Of a stretch of 64,000 nt of DNA, positions 62,343-64,000 are shown piece by piece. Below the pieces are notes generated by a model. It was not told where the DNA came from. It saw only the letters and a list, made by a program, of their open reading frames with translations, and searched no databases. Where the stretch lies: positions 13,042 to 77,041 of IMG/VR virus record IMGVR_UViG_3300032283_000551; one strand, given 5' to 3'. Both the position numbers and the translations under genes were made by a program. This DNA comes from a virus. Taxonomy: Duplodnaviria > Caudoviricetes. Position 1 is the first letter of the stretch. The number at the start of each line of letters is the position of its first letter.

Positions 62343-64000
62343 TGCTTAATTTTGTAAATTATCTTCACGAAGAAGCGGATAATCAAGGTAAACATTTAAA
62401 ACATCTTACACATGTCGAAGATCATGCAATTTATGGTGGCCACGAAGGTATTTCACAAGCAACTGAAGCACTAAATGCACTTCATAATCATCTTCTTGGT
62501 AAAAAATCTAATCATGCTTTTTCAGATAAAGCAGATGGTGCACCATCTATAGTTTATGGTAATCATCCTCAAACTGGTCAATTCTTTGTTGCATCAAAAT
62601 CAGCATTTAATAAAAACCCAAAGATTAATTATACAGAACAAGATATTGATAGAAATCATGGTCATGCACCAGGCCTTGCGCTTAAATTAAAAGAAGCATT
62701 AAAACATCTACCAAAAACTATGCCGGAATCCGGTGGTGTATATCAAGGGGATTTGATGTATGGTAAAGGTGATGTCAGTACAAAAGAAGGACATCATCAC
62801 TTTACACCAAATCTACTTACATATTCTGTTGATAAGAATAGCTCTGAGGGTCATAAAGTCAAAAATTCAAAACTCGGTATTGTAACACATACAGTATATA
62901 AAGGTAAAGGCGGCCTTGAAAATATGGCCGCCGAACCTTTATCTGCAAAAGAAAGAAAAACTTTTGCCGAGCATCCAGACGTAAACAATATTGATCCATC
63001 ACAAACTTCTGGTAAAGTAAATCCAAGAAATTATACTGGTGAAGAACAAGCAAAATTTCATATGCATATGGAAAATGCTAGAAAAGCATATTCTAAAGCA
63101 GCACCAGAAATGTATGACTCAATAAAAGGTCACGAGGCAACATTAGAACAACATATTAATGATCAAGTCCGAAAAGGTGGTGCACCTTCTGTTGAAGGTT
63201 ATACAAAATTTTTGACAGATAGAGCACAAAAAGAAATTGATAGTGTAAAAACAGAAAAGTCCAAACAACAGAAACATCAAGCACTAGCAAATAAATTAAA
63301 ACATATTTCAGATAATAGAAAACATTTTGAAAATTTATTAAAAATTCATGGTCATTTACAAAATGCAAAGAATGTTTTGCTTGGTGTTCATGATAAAAAT
63401 GGTCAAACCGAACGAAATCTTTTAGGTAAAACTTCTATTAATGGTAATCCAACCGCTGGTGAAGGTATTGTTGGTACCAATAAAGAAGGACATATGTTTA
63501 AATTTGTGAATAGAGGTGCGGGTGGATTTGCACAACAAAATTTAAGTGGTGGTAGATTCCAAAAAGTTACAGAAGAACAAGAAAAACGTGATGTAATCAC
63601 ATTTGGTCGTTTAAATCCACCAACTATTGGACACGAAAAATTAGTTAATCATGTTCAAAAACTTGCAAAAGATATACATGCTGATCATATAATTGTGATG
63701 TCAAATTCACAAGACAGTAAAAAAAATCCATTAACACCTGAACAAAAACTAAAACATGCTAAAAGAGCATTCCCAACGGCAAACTTAAAAATTGCCACTG
63801 CGGAACATCCAACTCTATTACACCATTTGTCTAAACTTCATAGTCAAGGTGTAACTCATCCGACAATCGTAGTTGGCCAAGATAGAGTTGAAGAATTTAA
63901 AAAACTAACCGGAAAATATAATGGTGTTTCCGCACGTCATGGTTACTATAACTTTAAACATATAAACATACAATCTGCAGGCCAACGAGATCCTGATGCT
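62342..64000 (+). CDS. Ligase-like (DUF6267-like) plus HIGH-family cytidylyltransferase-like fusion, 3'-truncated
   Basis: Frame checked open from ATG 62342 to window end; KADGAP, QGDLM, GEGIV, FKFVNR motifs, then TFGRLNPPTIGHEKL...KNPL...VVGQDRV..F. Confidence 0.8.
   Translation, partial: MLNFVNYLHEEADNQGKHLKHLTHVEDHAIYGGHEGISQATEALNALHNHLLGKKSNHAFSDKADGAPSIVYGNHPQTGQFFVASKSAFNKNPKINYTEQDIDRNHGHAPGLALKLKEALKHLPKTMPESGGVYQGDLMYGKGDVSTKEGHHHFTPNLLTYSVDKNSSEGHKVKNSKLGIVTHTVYKGKGGLENMAAEPLSAKERKTFAEHPDVNNIDPSQTSGKVNPRNYTGEEQAKFHMHMENARKAYSKAAPEMYDSIKGHEATLEQHINDQVRKGGAPSVEGYTKFLTDRAQKEIDSVKTEKSKQQKHQALANKLKHISDNRKHFENLLKIHGHLQNAKNVLLGVHDKNGQTERNLLGKTSINGNPTAGEGIVGTNKEGHMFKFVNRGAGGFAQQNLSGGRFQKVTEEQEKRDVITFGRLNPPTIGHEKLVNHVQKLAKDIHADHIIVMSNSQDSKKNPLTPEQKLKHAKRAFPTANLKIATAEHPTLLHHLSKLHSQGVTHPTIVVGQDRVEEFKKLTGKYNGVSARHGYYNFKHINIQSAGQRDPDA

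Noticed and set aside
1-64000. Stop-codon reassignment
   Set aside because: Standard code gives full-length genes; TAA, TGA and TAG all end genes (e.g. TAG at 19356 and 36813); no suppressor anticodon in the array

Overview
Core segment of a large, AT-rich T4-superfamily myovirus genome, almost all on the + strand. In order: tail-fibre/virion structural genes (1-17.2 kb) with an embedded heme oxygenase plus PcyX-type bilin reductase pair; the canonical gp13-gp23 neck/terminase/tail/portal/head module with a GIY-YIG endonuclease inserted; gp3, uvsY, uvsW, gp55, gp47, gp46; an accessory block (degenerate peptide deformylase, pyrimidine-dimer glycosylase-like, MazG-like, and a sugar-nucleotide/glycosyltransferase cluster that may hypermodify DNA); gp45-gp44-gp62-regA; a ~3 kb tRNA array (22 canonical tRNAs plus 3 non-canonical CAU/CAU/UAU tRNA-like genes, together covering all 20 amino acids) interspersed with three more structured non-tRNA RNAs; speD, spanins, Hsp20, DUF1127, GH19 endolysin; gp43, uvsX, gp41; a stand-alone late-promoter ncRNA; and two putative capsid-targeted internal proteins, the last a ligase-like/nucleotidyltransferase fusion cut by the window end. 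TATAAATA late promoters and GGTTGACA-N17-TATA(A/T)T early promoters are frequent. PcyX and DUF1127 hint at an alphaproteobacterial host (inference). The most unusual signals are the RNA elements at 49.47-50.33 kb and 61.0-61.17 kb, the uronic-acid glycosylation cluster, the pseudo-deformylase and two antisense early promoters. All family calls come from motif recognition by eye; no database searches or folding computations were run.
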